Of a stretch of DNA of 32,000 bases, positions 15,926 to 24,943 are shown piece by piece (the stretch's first letter is position 1; every line of letters begins with the position of its first letter). The DNA comes from Alteromonas ponticola (GTDB lineage: Bacteria > Pseudomonadota > Gammaproteobacteria > Enterobacterales > Alteromonadaceae): positions 327,078 through 359,077 of the forward strand of contig NZ_JAATNW010000003.1 in the NCBI RefSeq assembly GCF_012911815.1, written 5' to 3'. The position numbers and the translations under genes are program-made. Under the pieces are notes generated by a model. That model saw only the letters and a list, made by a program, of their open reading frames with translations, ran no database searches and was not told the DNA's origin.

Positions 15926-17101
15926 CTACTCAACACTAATAACTCTTGTGAGCTGATCAACCAGACTATATCCATCCCAGTTAGACGAAAATGATAATGC
16001 TTGTCCTAATGGTATCAGTCGGTCAATACCCTTTATCGACGGGCCGGTTAAAAACTTAACCAGATCCCCTTTATCTATTCCCCAATAACTCAACGTTTGC
16101 ATTTTTTCGTCACAATATTTGGTCAGGTCTTTAATTTCTTCTATCGGTACCACCCAGATTGAAAACTGGCCGTTGTGAAAAGTCAGGTCCAGGGGTGAGC
16201 AAGCCGACATTTTTAAAACCAATAATTTATTATAGATTTGAGCATCTTCGATATTGCCAATTACAGCCATTGATTGCGCCATAATGAACTGCTCGTTTTT
16301 AAGCGTAATTGAATATTTGTCGTTGAATTTATCGCCTAGGGATTTAAAAAATGCAGACTGAAGGGTAGCGTCTCCTTGCCAAAACAAAATTTTTGGAGAA
16401 GAACATGCTTGCTGCTCAAAAGGATGAATATCGCGATAAAATCTTCCCGCTACATCATCAAGGTTTAATTCTGTCAGACTGTTGCCATTTAAAACACTTG
16501 CTGAATAGCGGTCTGAAAAACTTATATCCCGGCATCTTGGTTTGATTGGGAGCTGTCGAATAGCGGAAACACTCTCATCACCTCCCCATAGAATCCGTGC
16601 ATCAGCACTCATACTTACAGTATCTGCTGCTGCATTATTGGACTTATCGAATTGCACAAATAAGTTTGTATTCGAAATAGGTGAAAAGTCTGATTTACTC
16701 AAAACATATTGAATGTTCTCAAGCAGTGTCCTTTGTAAGTCTGATAACAATGAGCTGAGTTTTACAATGTTTTTGTTTCCGCAAATTAAAGAGGTTATCC
16801 AGCTGTAAACAAACATAGTATCGACGTTTGCCGGAGTGTAGTGGACAACTAAACCAACGGGTTTGCGAAGACTGGAAAAATAGGGTTTAAACTCTTTTTC
16901 AAGGCTTCTTTCACGCAACCAAAAACCCAAGGCAACTAACTCAGAAAAATTCTGGTCCGTGTTTTTCAATAACCTGTCAGACAGCTCAGATATAAACGCG
17001 ACAACCAATTTATCATAAGGCCTGAAATTCTCACTTTTAAAAAGATTAAGAGTACTTAAGTCTTGTACATTAGTTACTTGCGTTACCAGGCTTTTATCCA
17101 T
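15926..17101 (-). CDS. LuxC-like acyl-CoA/acyl-protein reductase family protein
   Basis: ALDH-related layout with the candidate catalytic Cys in FEQQACSSPKILFW (LuxC family pattern Q.aCsSP). It has an 8-nt overlap with the upstream LuxE-like gene, the usual LuxC/LuxE pairing. Confidence 0.55.
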   Translation of the reverse strand: MDKSLVTQVTNVQDLSTLNLFKSENFRPYDKLVVAFISELSDRLLKNTDQNFSELVALGFWLRERSLEKEFKPYFSSLRKPVGLVVHYTPANVDTMFVYSWITSLICGNKNIVKLSSLLSDLQRTLLENIQYVLSKSDFSPISNTNLFVQFDKSNNAAADTVSMSADARILWGGDESVSAIRQLPIKPRCRDISFSDRYSASVLNGNSLTELNLDDVAGRFYRDIHPFEQQACSSPKILFWQGDATLQSAFFKSLGDKFNDKYSITLKNEQFIMAQSMAVIGNIEDAQIYNKLLVLKMSACSPLDLTFHNGQFSIWVVPIEEIKDLTKYCDEKMQTLSYWGIDKGDLVKFLTGPSIKGIDRLIPLGQALSFSSNWDGYSLVDQLTRVISVE

Positions 17102-18185
17102 CAGTGGACCTCACTGTATCACTGCACCCTCTTATCTCGGTTTTAGGTAAGCGGCCTTCGACAACAAAATAACGCCCTGCCCTGCCACATTCACAATCAT
17201 CTTCGCCCAGCATTTTACCTATATCTTCCGTAAGTAAACTAAAGCCCGGATAGCTGGTGGGGATGACCGAGAGCACCTGAATAAGTCCTTGTTCACCATT
17301 TGATTGCGGTTCAAGAGTGTAAGGGTTGCGGATGAGAATATCGGCAAACGGCGGAGCGTGCAGGTGGCCTTTTTCACACTCGACAAACACGCTGCCTACC
17401 TGCTCAGCCATACCGTAAAAGTTATGCACTTTTGCTATACAGGTTACCTCTTTTAAGGTTTCTTTGAATACCTGATTACTGACTTGCTGTTCAGTTAATT
17501 TCTTCCAGCCACCGCTATGAATAAGCACACCATCAGTGAATGGCAGTTGCAAATTACGCTGTTGTAAAGCCTGGATAAAGTGCAACCACACCATGAAGGT
17601 AAAACCAAATAACAGTACCGGCTTACCCTGATGCTTTTCAGAAAATTGAGTAATGGCATCCACATTCAGTGACATGTCTACGTTCAGGGCGTAAGTATGA
17701 TCGCGGCCGAAAAATGCCATGCCCTGTATACCGGCCCCCCGCGCCGACAAGGTGGGGTTTTTCAGCACCGCTGGCGAATCAATGATAAGCATTGGTAAGC
17801 GCTGTTTACCGATAAAAGACTGCATGATATTCACCAGCACCTTGCTTTGTCTGGCACTGGTCTGTTTATCCAGAAAAATGCGGGCAGGCGTTTGCCCGGT
17901 GGTACCTGACGAGCTAAGTGTTTTGAACACCTCCGCCTGCGGAACGCTCTTTAATTCGTAAAACTTGAATAGTCTTACGGCCAGGAAAGGCAGGTCTTCG
18001 TAGCGTTCAAACTTTACCTGAGAGAGTGACGTTATGCGCTGATACTCTTCGCAGTTAGCATAATGGTGCTGATGTAAAAACCGAAAGCACTCCAGCAAAA
18101 TGGCAGACTTTTGTGACTGATCAATAGTGTCAGTGCCAGCTTCAAAAAGCGTACCCAGATATTGCTGATAGGAAGATTCTGACAT
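17094..18185 (-). CDS. LuxE-like acyl-protein synthetase (adenylate-forming) family protein
   Basis: It has the SSGTTGQTPARI adenylation P-loop, is 363 aa (LuxE-sized), and is paired with a LuxC-like ORF. Confidence 0.55.
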   Translation of the reverse strand: MSESSYQQYLGTLFEAGTDTIDQSQKSAILLECFRFLHQHHYANCEEYQRITSLSQVKFERYEDLPFLAVRLFKFYELKSVPQAEVFKTLSSSGTTGQTPARIFLDKQTSARQSKVLVNIMQSFIGKQRLPMLIIDSPAVLKNPTLSARGAGIQGMAFFGRDHTYALNVDMSLNVDAITQFSEKHQGKPVLLFGFTFMVWLHFIQALQQRNLQLPFTDGVLIHSGGWKKLTEQQVSNQVFKETLKEVTCIAKVHNFYGMAEQVGSVFVECEKGHLHAPPFADILIRNPYTLEPQSNGEQGLIQVLSVIPTSYPGFSLLTEDIGKMLGEDDCECGRAGRYFVVEGRLPKTEIRGCSDTVRSTDG

Positions 18186-18265
18186 TCATTCACTCTGGTT
18201 TTATCAATCTTTTACGACAGAAATTTGCCTGTTAGTGCTGATTTTGATGAATTAACCTTACAATA

Positions 18266-19654
18266 TCAAGCATTGACAAGGAGTTGGTCATATAACGCGG
18301 TATAATCTGTTTTACCATTTGCCAGTAGCGGCCATTCTTTAATCTGGTAGGTTTTTATCGACTTTGGCGGAACCCGAAGCAACTGAATGGCGCACTGCTT
18401 TATCGCATCGCACTGGCCCGAAGTACAGCAGATAACAAGTTCATCGTCTTTTCCCACGCAGCGCACATCAGAACCTGATTGCATCAAAGCAAATTCAACC
18501 TCATCAAGGCTACACCGCTCTCCGAACAGTTTAATTATCCGCTTCAGCCTGCCAGTAATAAAAAAGTCACCCTCTTCGTCGAAATAGCCGATGTCACCGG
18601 TATGTAGGGTATGTGATGGTGAAAATGAGGCCAGCCCTTCATGTTTATTGACATACCCCAACATCACATTGGGTCCCTGATAGACTAATTCACCTTTTTC
18701 TAGTGCACTCCTTATGGGTTCGCCATCTTCATTTATGATAGCAAGTTGACCATCAGGGAGAGCCTGTCCGATGCTGCCAGGCTTTGCGGCGACCTTGTGG
18801 GCAGGAAGGTATGCCATACGGGCGGTGGCTTCGGTTTGACCGTACATTACGAACAATTGTTTGTTATTGTGATCAGCATAGTCAGCAAGTTTGACCACCA
18901 ATGGTTCAGCTAACTTGCCGCCAGCCTGAGTCAAATAACGCAGATTCGGCAAAACGTTGCGCTCAAACCGCAAACGCAGCAGCATTTCATACCAACTGGG
19001 AACGCCATTTAGCGAAGCGATGTTGGCCTCTTTCAATAGTGTCCAGAAACCTTTATCCATCACGGTCAGATCAGTCAGACGAACACCTGCGCCCATCGCT
19101 AGATGGGTATGCAATACAGACAGCCCATATGAATAGGAAAATGGTAATGAAGCTAATGTTACATCGCTATTTTCAATGGGTAAGAAAGCCAAAATAGAGC
19201 GTGTATTGGCAATCAGATTCTGCATCGACAAAGCGACAAATTGCTGACTGCCTGTAGAGCCTGATGTGGATAACAGGATCGCTAATTCAGCTGCCAGATT
19301 AAGCTGCTGTTGAGATAGTAACCGAAAGCTTCCTTCTTCAATCAGGACATTGGGAGAAAACTGCTGAACAATCGCGGCTACGATTTCGTCCCGCGCATTG
19401 CTGTTAACTACAATGCACGGATAATGAGCTTGCAGACAGGCTAAATAGTTGACGACGCTGTCAATGGTGTTAGCCATTCGCAGTAACATTAACGGTCGCA
19501 GACTGCCCACGCGCAACTGCCATTCATTTATTCGTTGGTCAACGCGTTTTTGCAGCCCGGCATAGGTGATTGAATCGGCGTCACTGATTAACGCGGGGGC
19601 GGCGCCGAATTGATCCAGTGAGCGATTAAACAAGGGAAACGACATTAAGGGCAA
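18266..19654 (-). CDS. AMP-dependent synthetase/ligase (stand-alone adenylation enzyme, DltA-like size)
   Basis: ANL core motifs are present: LLSTSGSTGSQQ (A3), YGQTEAT (A5), GDIGYFDEEGDFFITGRLKRIIKLFGERCSL (A7/A8) and NGKTDY (A10 Lys). Length is 462 aa. Confidence 0.85.
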   Translation of the reverse strand: MPLMSFPLFNRSLDQFGAAPALISDADSITYAGLQKRVDQRINEWQLRVGSLRPLMLLRMANTIDSVVNYLACLQAHYPCIVVNSNARDEIVAAIVQQFSPNVLIEEGSFRLLSQQQLNLAAELAILLSTSGSTGSQQFVALSMQNLIANTRSILAFLPIENSDVTLASLPFSYSYGLSVLHTHLAMGAGVRLTDLTVMDKGFWTLLKEANIASLNGVPSWYEMLLRLRFERNVLPNLRYLTQAGGKLAEPLVVKLADYADHNNKQLFVMYGQTEATARMAYLPAHKVAAKPGSIGQALPDGQLAIINEDGEPIRSALEKGELVYQGPNVMLGYVNKHEGLASFSPSHTLHTGDIGYFDEEGDFFITGRLKRIIKLFGERCSLDEVEFALMQSGSDVRCVGKDDELVICCTSGQCDAIKQCAIQLLRVPPKSIKTYQIKEWPLLANGKTDYTALYDQLLVNA

Positions 19655-20412
19655 AATGCCCCATCCACCGGCAGTATGTGCCCGGTGGTGTAAGCCGATT
19701 GGTTGGATAATAAAAAGCTGACGGCTTTAGCCACATCGGCTGGTGTGCCGGCACGCTTCATAACAATACGCTGCAACACAATGTCGCGCCTTTCCTGGTC
19801 GTAATGTCTGGTCATTGCTGTGTCAATAAAGCCAGGCGCCACACCGTTTACGCGAATACCCACAGGGGCTAATTCTTTGGCCAGCGATACAGTAGCGCCT
19901 TTCAACGCGGCTTTGCTTGATGCATAAGCGCTCATGCCGGAACTACCAAGTTCACCTACTTGAGAGAGAACATTAACAATTGATCCTTTACGTTGCCGCG
20001 CCATCAATCTACAGGCAAGTTGCATATGCTGATAGGGTGCCAGAAAATTAATATTTAATTGCTCTTTAAGCTTATCCATAGAGCTAACAGTTATAGGCGC
20101 TTCAAACATCACACCAGCGTTATTCACTAAACCATGCAAAGGCCCGATATCTGATTGCATCTGCATTTTTTGAATTTGGCGAAATTGTTCTTTTACGGCT
20201 TTTTCATCTGTTACATCGTAGATGAGCGGTACGACTTTCCCTGCCCAACTGTCAAGCAGTGGCGCAAGCTTATCTTCATCACGGGCATTAGCGAAGACCG
20301 AAGCTCCTGACTTGAGACACGCGGCAACAATGGCTTGTCCAATCTCTCCCGTGGCCCCGGTCACTAAAACTGACTTACCCTTGAGGCTATTAGGATCAGA
20401 ATTGGACGTCAT
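19645..20412 (-). CDS. Short-chain dehydrogenase/reductase (FabG-like 3-oxoacyl reductase)
   Basis: VLVTGATGEIGQAI (T-G-x3-G-x-G), NNAG and YASSKAAL (Y-x3-K). It overlaps the downstream ligase gene by 10 nt. Confidence 0.85.
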   Translation of the reverse strand: MTSNSDPNSLKGKSVLVTGATGEIGQAIVAACLKSGASVFANARDEDKLAPLLDSWAGKVVPLIYDVTDEKAVKEQFRQIQKMQMQSDIGPLHGLVNNAGVMFEAPITVSSMDKLKEQLNINFLAPYQHMQLACRLMARQRKGSIVNVLSQVGELGSSGMSAYASSKAALKGATVSLAKELAPVGIRVNGVAPGFIDTAMTRHYDQERRDIVLQRIVMKRAGTPADVAKAVSFLLSNQSAYTTGHILPVDGAFCP

Positions 20413-20635
20413 ACTTTGCCAGAATTTCTTTTGCTTTGCCCACCGTGCTCATATCGATGATGTCATCCGTGTCTAGCATCACATCAAAGCTATCTTCTAA
20501 TTCTGCGACCAGTATCATGTGCGCAGTTGAATCCCATTGTTCGATTGTGTTGTAGGTCAAGTCATCGGTCACCTGCTCTGGTTGAATCCCCAGGGCGTGA
20601 CAGAATACCTGCTTAATTTTTGCGTTGTTATCCAC
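20396..20635 (-). CDS. Acyl/peptidyl carrier protein
   Basis: 79 aa and acidic, with a candidate phosphopantetheine site in EQWDSTAHMILVAELE (D-S-x motif at the start of helix II). It overlaps the SDR gene by 17 nt. Confidence 0.75.
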   Translation of the reverse strand: MDNNAKIKQVFCHALGIQPEQVTDDLTYNTIEQWDSTAHMILVAELEDSFDVMLDTDDIIDMSTVGKAKEILAKYDVQF

Positions 20636-20649
20636 TCTATACGACCTTA

Positions 20650-21231
20650 TTATCCTTTACGCGGCGACCTGGAAAGTAATCGCCTGATTAAACCAGTGTG
20701 CCGCTCAAACTCTTCTTTTTGCAAGCGTAAATCAATTAATTCTGCCTGATTGACGACTTGATAGCCAAGTTGCTGATTATATTTTAACGCCGCTTTATTC
20801 TCCGCTTTAACCACCGCAAAAAAACTTTCTACTGGCAGATCCCTAAAGCAGTAATCATACAATGCCAGGGTGGGCGCAAAAGCAAGTATATTACCCTGGT
20901 ACCCAGGGTGGCCAATATACAACCCGGGCTCCAGCGTTTTTGCTGTAGTTAGTGAGTCGCCATGAAATCGCACTTTAATATTCGTCGCACCGATTGCTTG
21001 CCCTTTATATTCCACAACCCAGTGCTGCTGTGAATCATCACGTTGGATTTTTTTAAACCAGGCGTACTGCTGTTCTTCTGAGATAACATCGGTAGAAAGC
21101 ATCTGCTGTCGCACAGACTCGCTATTGCGCCACTCTCTAAGTTGGCTTAAATCATTTTGCGCAACTGGGCGCAATGTAACTTGAAACCCAGTTATCACAG
21201 GGCCTTGTGAAGAGTGATAAACATTTATCAT
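20650..21231 (-). CDS. pseH: GNAT N-acetyltransferase, PseH-like (UDP-4-amino-4,6-dideoxy-N-acetyl-beta-L-altrosamine N-acetyltransferase)
   Basis: LRPVAQNDLSQLREWRNSESVRQQM is the typical PseH opening (lrp....d...l..WRN...vr..m). It shares a 4-nt overlap with pseG. Confidence 0.7.
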   Translation of the reverse strand: MINVYHSSQGPVITGFQVTLRPVAQNDLSQLREWRNSESVRQQMLSTDVISEEQQYAWFKKIQRDDSQQHWVVEYKGQAIGATNIKVRFHGDSLTTAKTLEPGLYIGHPGYQGNILAFAPTLALYDYCFRDLPVESFFAVVKAENKAALKYNQQLGYQVVNQAELIDLRLQKEEFERHTGLIRRLLSRSPRKG

Positions 21232-22253
21232 ATTTGATGTTCAGCAATTTTTTTCAACAGCCTCATTGCACCTTCAGCATCATAATGCCCTTTGGCATTA
21301 TCTGACAAGGCTTGTAAATCTTCTTTCAAAAGTGCGTCTACGCAGCTTGCGATATCTTCAAATTGCACGCTTTCGGTACAATCAAAACTCCGCACCCAGC
21401 CTTCTTTTGCGGCCCGTTTAGTGGCCTCTCTCTGATTATCTGCAACTATAAGCAAAATCGAAGGCGTTGCACATGTTCCCAACTCGAACTGACTGCCCCC
21501 AGCTGCACTGATGGCCAATTTAGCATTGTTCCAGACGTCACTCATATCCTGGCAGTTATGTAAATGTTGAATGGGGTTTGAGAGCGCAGCGACACATATC
21601 TCCAGATCGGTTAGCCATTGGTATGCCGGGCCCGTTACCACACGGATAGGCAGATTGGGCAACCTTTTCGAAATGGCCATTAACAATGGGATAGTCAAAT
21701 TCTTAGTATCACTCCCACCCAGATTGATGGCTATACCGTTTCGCTGGTGTATTGGTTTTGGTGCAATCTCGGCAAATTCCCTGCGCAGCAGCCTAAATTC
21801 AGGTCCGTAGCAACACAACTGTTGTTCAGAATCATCTTTAGGGTCTGCTGTGGGATCTACAATAATATCCACGAATTGCGTTACCGATGTCATACCATCA
21901 TCCATTAACACCAGCGTACAACTCTCACTGCGGCTCGCTAGGATGGTCTCAGCAGCAAATGTGTATCCGTCAAAAATTATCGCTGCGGCATCCTGCTCTC
22001 TCGCTTGCTGGCTAATCCAGTTACCCTCCTCTTTGGCACAAAGCTCAGAAGGAAAATCAATAATCTGAAAATTCCAGTCGTGCCGTTTAGTTGCAATGGA
22101 TTTAGCGTCTGCATCTAACAAAAATACACTGGGTACACCACATTTTTCTGCAGCCTGAGCCAGCGCAAGACTACGCATAAGGTGGCCCGCACCAGTTTGA
22201 GCCGATGCAAGTACTCTGAATAACAATGATCTCAAGAGACGACCTGCTCCCAC
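21228..22253 (-). CDS. pseG: UDP-2,4-diacetamido-2,4,6-trideoxy-beta-L-altropyranose hydrolase, PseG-like (GT-B fold)
   Basis: The N-terminus LLFRVLASAQTGAGHLMRSLALA matches the PseG pattern (FRaD.s..iG.GH.mRcL.LA). It is about 340 aa and sits between pseI and pseH. The annotated start overlaps pseI by 22 nt, so the exact start is uncertain. Confidence 0.7.
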   Translation of the reverse strand: MGAGRLLRSLLFRVLASAQTGAGHLMRSLALAQAAEKCGVPSVFLLDADAKSIATKRHDWNFQIIDFPSELCAKEEGNWISQQAREQDAAAIIFDGYTFAAETILASRSESCTLVLMDDGMTSVTQFVDIIVDPTADPKDDSEQQLCCYGPEFRLLRREFAEIAPKPIHQRNGIAINLGGSDTKNLTIPLLMAISKRLPNLPIRVVTGPAYQWLTDLEICVAALSNPIQHLHNCQDMSDVWNNAKLAISAAGGSQFELGTCATPSILLIVADNQREATKRAAKEGWVRSFDCTESVQFEDIASCVDALLKEDLQALSDNAKGHYDAEGAMRLLKKIAEHQI

Positions 22254-23287
22254 TTAAGTGCAGTGCCTTTTTTCAATGACGTAGCCGCTCTTTTACCTAT
22301 CACTGACGCAAAATGGCATGGCGCCAGGCCGAATGCGGGACGAACCACTTTTAGATTGTGTTCAGAAAACACCTCGCCAGCGTTCATATCTTGCGATACA
22401 TATATTGAACGCCGGTACTGTTTTGATTTCTCTTCAGCAGCCGTAGCTCCGTAACGCACGTTGCCCAATGCTAACCACGCTCGTTCCGTTTCGGTAACCA
22501 ATTGTGCTAATTCACCAGGCTCTAACGAAAAGGCGGCATCCACCCCACCTGCATGTCGGTCAAGCACAAAATGCTTTTCAATTACCGTCGCACCTAATGC
22601 AACGGAAGCTACCGCTGCGCCGATACCGCCCGTGTGATCGCTAAGCCCCACTTGACAGCCAAAGGCGTCGCGCATATTTGGAATGGTTCTTAAGTTGGTA
22701 TTACCGGGATCTGCAGGATACGTGCTTGTGCATTTAAGCAAGATAATATTGTCGCAGCCGTTTTCCTTAGCACATTTAACAGCCATTTCAATTTCTTGTA
22801 AGCTCGCCATGCCCGTTGACATAATTAAAGGTTTGCCTTTACTGGCGGCATGCGCAATCAACGGAATATCGGTCAATTCAAACGAGGCAATCTTAAAGCA
22901 GGGTACGTTCAGGCTATCAAGAAAATCCACCGCATCGGCATCAAAAGGGGAGCTGAACGCCACCATGCCCAGGTCATTGGCTAATGTGAACAACGGTTCA
23001 TGCCACTCATAAGGTGTCGCCGCTTTCTTATATAACGCATGCAACGATTCACCGTGCCATAAATTATCTTTTTCTTTGATCACAAACTCGTCGTTATCGA
23101 CATCCAGAGTCATTGAATCAGCAGTATAAGTTTGCAATTTTATCGCATGTGCACCCGCTTCTGCCGCAGCCTTGACCATTTTTTTCGCCAGCTCGAAATC
23201 CTGGCTATGGTTGCCACTCAGTTCTGCAATAATAAACGGGGGCTCTGTGGAACCGATAAAGCGTTTACCAATGCGGGTATCATGCAT
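22232..23287 (-). CDS. pseI: Pseudaminic acid synthase (NeuB family)
   Basis: PFIIAELSGNHSQDFELAKKMVKAAAEAGAHAIKLQTY is the NeuB/PseI signature. A C-terminal SAF domain is present (LKVVRPAFGL...KKGTAL). Confidence 0.9.
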   Translation of the reverse strand: MHDTRIGKRFIGSTEPPFIIAELSGNHSQDFELAKKMVKAAAEAGAHAIKLQTYTADSMTLDVDNDEFVIKEKDNLWHGESLHALYKKAATPYEWHEPLFTLANDLGMVAFSSPFDADAVDFLDSLNVPCFKIASFELTDIPLIAHAASKGKPLIMSTGMASLQEIEMAVKCAKENGCDNIILLKCTSTYPADPGNTNLRTIPNMRDAFGCQVGLSDHTGGIGAAVASVALGATVIEKHFVLDRHAGGVDAAFSLEPGELAQLVTETERAWLALGNVRYGATAAEEKSKQYRRSIYVSQDMNAGEVFSEHNLKVVRPAFGLAPCHFASVIGKRAATSLKKGTALKWEQVVS

Positions 23288-24251
23288 TAGCCTTCCCCTC
23301 TATAATTTGAATTATTCCTTCCACTAAACTTTCCACCGATACTGGCTGGTCGCTCATTTCAGTAGCGTAATCAGGCATGATTGTCTGCGGATCGATACGG
23401 CCGCTAATTAGTAAAACTGGCGTGTTGACTGCAGCCGCTAACCACTGTGCACCCGCGGGAATGCTTACCAGAAGATCGCATGCCTTAAGCTTACTAAGCT
23501 TTTCCTGCATTTTTGCCTCATCATCCAGACCTGAATATACTTTAAAGTCCCTCGCCGTAAGCTGGCGCGCAAGCTCATCAGAGAATGGGTAACACTCGGT
23601 AGAAGAGGCACCACTCAAAGCCAGCGCAATGGTTTTTAGTGGCTGACTTTCAATCATTTTTTCGGCATCAACATCAATTGAGATGTCCATATTAATATCG
23701 GCAAATCCACAGCACCTACGTAAATAAAATTCAGGATAGCCACCCTCAGGAGGTTCTCCATGCAGCCACCAATTTTCAAACCAACTGTGCATGCCAGTCC
23801 ATGTGCTCTGCAGGTATTGCTCAGGTGAATTTACGTAATCAGCTGATAGAGACTGGTGTTTGAAGTCATCAATGATATCTTGTACTGAGCGATTCAGCGT
23901 ATTGCCGATAACAGGTTCCCCTGCATCTTTTAAAAACCTTGCCATAAAGCAGGGCATGAACCAAGTATCCAGATTTATGATCTCGGTATAGTTGTAACTG
24001 TTGATAATTTCTGCCAGTTCGAGAAACACTTCCATCGCAGCAACAAAGTCTTCTGGCCAGTCAGCCTGGGCAAGATCCAAAACAGTTACATCGGGTTCTG
24101 CCAGGCGGACTATTTCGCTGCCCTGACCAAAGGTAAGGCAGTGGATATCAGCCTCAGGGAAGCAGCGTTTAAGATGCCTGATGGCAGGTACACCGATAGC
24201 AGCCACATCGAAACTTTCCATCATTCTGATAACGAGAATTTTCTCCGCCAT
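23280..24251 (-). CDS. Glycosyltransferase family 9 (heptosyltransferase-fold)-like protein
   Basis: The N-terminus KILVIRMMESFDVAAIGVPAIRHLKRCFPEADIHCLT follows the GT9 pattern (ILVIR....GD....tPa.r.LK..fP.a.I..L), but the GD is replaced by FD. The C-terminus LKACDLLVSIPAGAQWLAAAVNTPVLLISG resembles the GT9 l..a.l.i.nDSG.mHlAaA.g.P.v.lfG block. Confidence 0.5.
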   Translation of the reverse strand: MAEKILVIRMMESFDVAAIGVPAIRHLKRCFPEADIHCLTFGQGSEIVRLAEPDVTVLDLAQADWPEDFVAAMEVFLELAEIINSYNYTEIINLDTWFMPCFMARFLKDAGEPVIGNTLNRSVQDIIDDFKHQSLSADYVNSPEQYLQSTWTGMHSWFENWWLHGEPPEGGYPEFYLRRCCGFADINMDISIDVDAEKMIESQPLKTIALALSGASSTECYPFSDELARQLTARDFKVYSGLDDEAKMQEKLSKLKACDLLVSIPAGAQWLAAAVNTPVLLISGRIDPQTIMPDYATEMSDQPVSVESLVEGIIQIIEGKANA

Positions 24252-24253
24252 GG

Positions 24254-24943
24254 CTATCCTTCAATATATGCATTATACATGAGTTCAGCGCGCTGCCAGT
24301 CTTCTGGCGTATCGATATCCTGAACAAGATATCTGGGAAGTATGACAGGTATACTGTGATGTGCAAAAGTGGGGGCCCCAGCTAAAAAAGCCTCTTTGCG
24401 GCCCCAGTAAAATTGCCCTGCGTCGTGATAGCACTCTTCTAAGTCTTGCGAACGTTTACCCATTTTGGAGCTATCGATGGGCTCTACCCCGCCGGCTGCT
24501 AACCTGATGGCTCGTTGAATGGGAAAATCAAATGTCGTCACCGAAAAGGCATATTGTTTTTTCTCATCCTGTTTAAGCTGATTTATGCCTTGCAAAAGAT
24601 AGTCTGCACTTAAAAAAGGCGCGGTGGCATAAATACAACACACAAAATCAACTGCCTGATAAAGGCGTTCGTATTCTTTGATTGCGTGCTGTACTACAGG
24701 TGTCGTGCCAGTAAAATCATCGGCCAGATTGGCCGGTCGCTCAATAACTAGCGTTGCGCCGCACTCGCGCGCTATTTTCGCAATGTCTGGAGAATCTGTT
24801 GAAACAATAATTTCATCAAACTGGCGACTATTAATCGCCGCGTCTATGGAATAGGCAATAAGCGGTTTACCCGCAAACGATTTGATATTTTTGTGCTTTA
24901 TACGTTTGCTGCCGCCACGCGCTGGTATTACTGCGATATTCAA
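24254..24943 (-). CDS. pseF: Pseudaminic acid cytidylyltransferase (CMP-NeuAc synthetase family)
   Basis: MNIAVIPARGGSKRIKHKNIKSFAGKPLIAYSI is the acylneuraminate cytidylyltransferase signature. It shares a 4-nt overlap with pseC. Confidence 0.85.
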   Translation of the reverse strand: MNIAVIPARGGSKRIKHKNIKSFAGKPLIAYSIDAAINSRQFDEIIVSTDSPDIAKIARECGATLVIERPANLADDFTGTTPVVQHAIKEYERLYQAVDFVCCIYATAPFLSADYLLQGINQLKQDEKKQYAFSVTTFDFPIQRAIRLAAGGVEPIDSSKMGKRSQDLEECYHDAGQFYWGRKEAFLAGAPTFAHHSIPVILPRYLVQDIDTPEDWQRAELMYNAYIEG

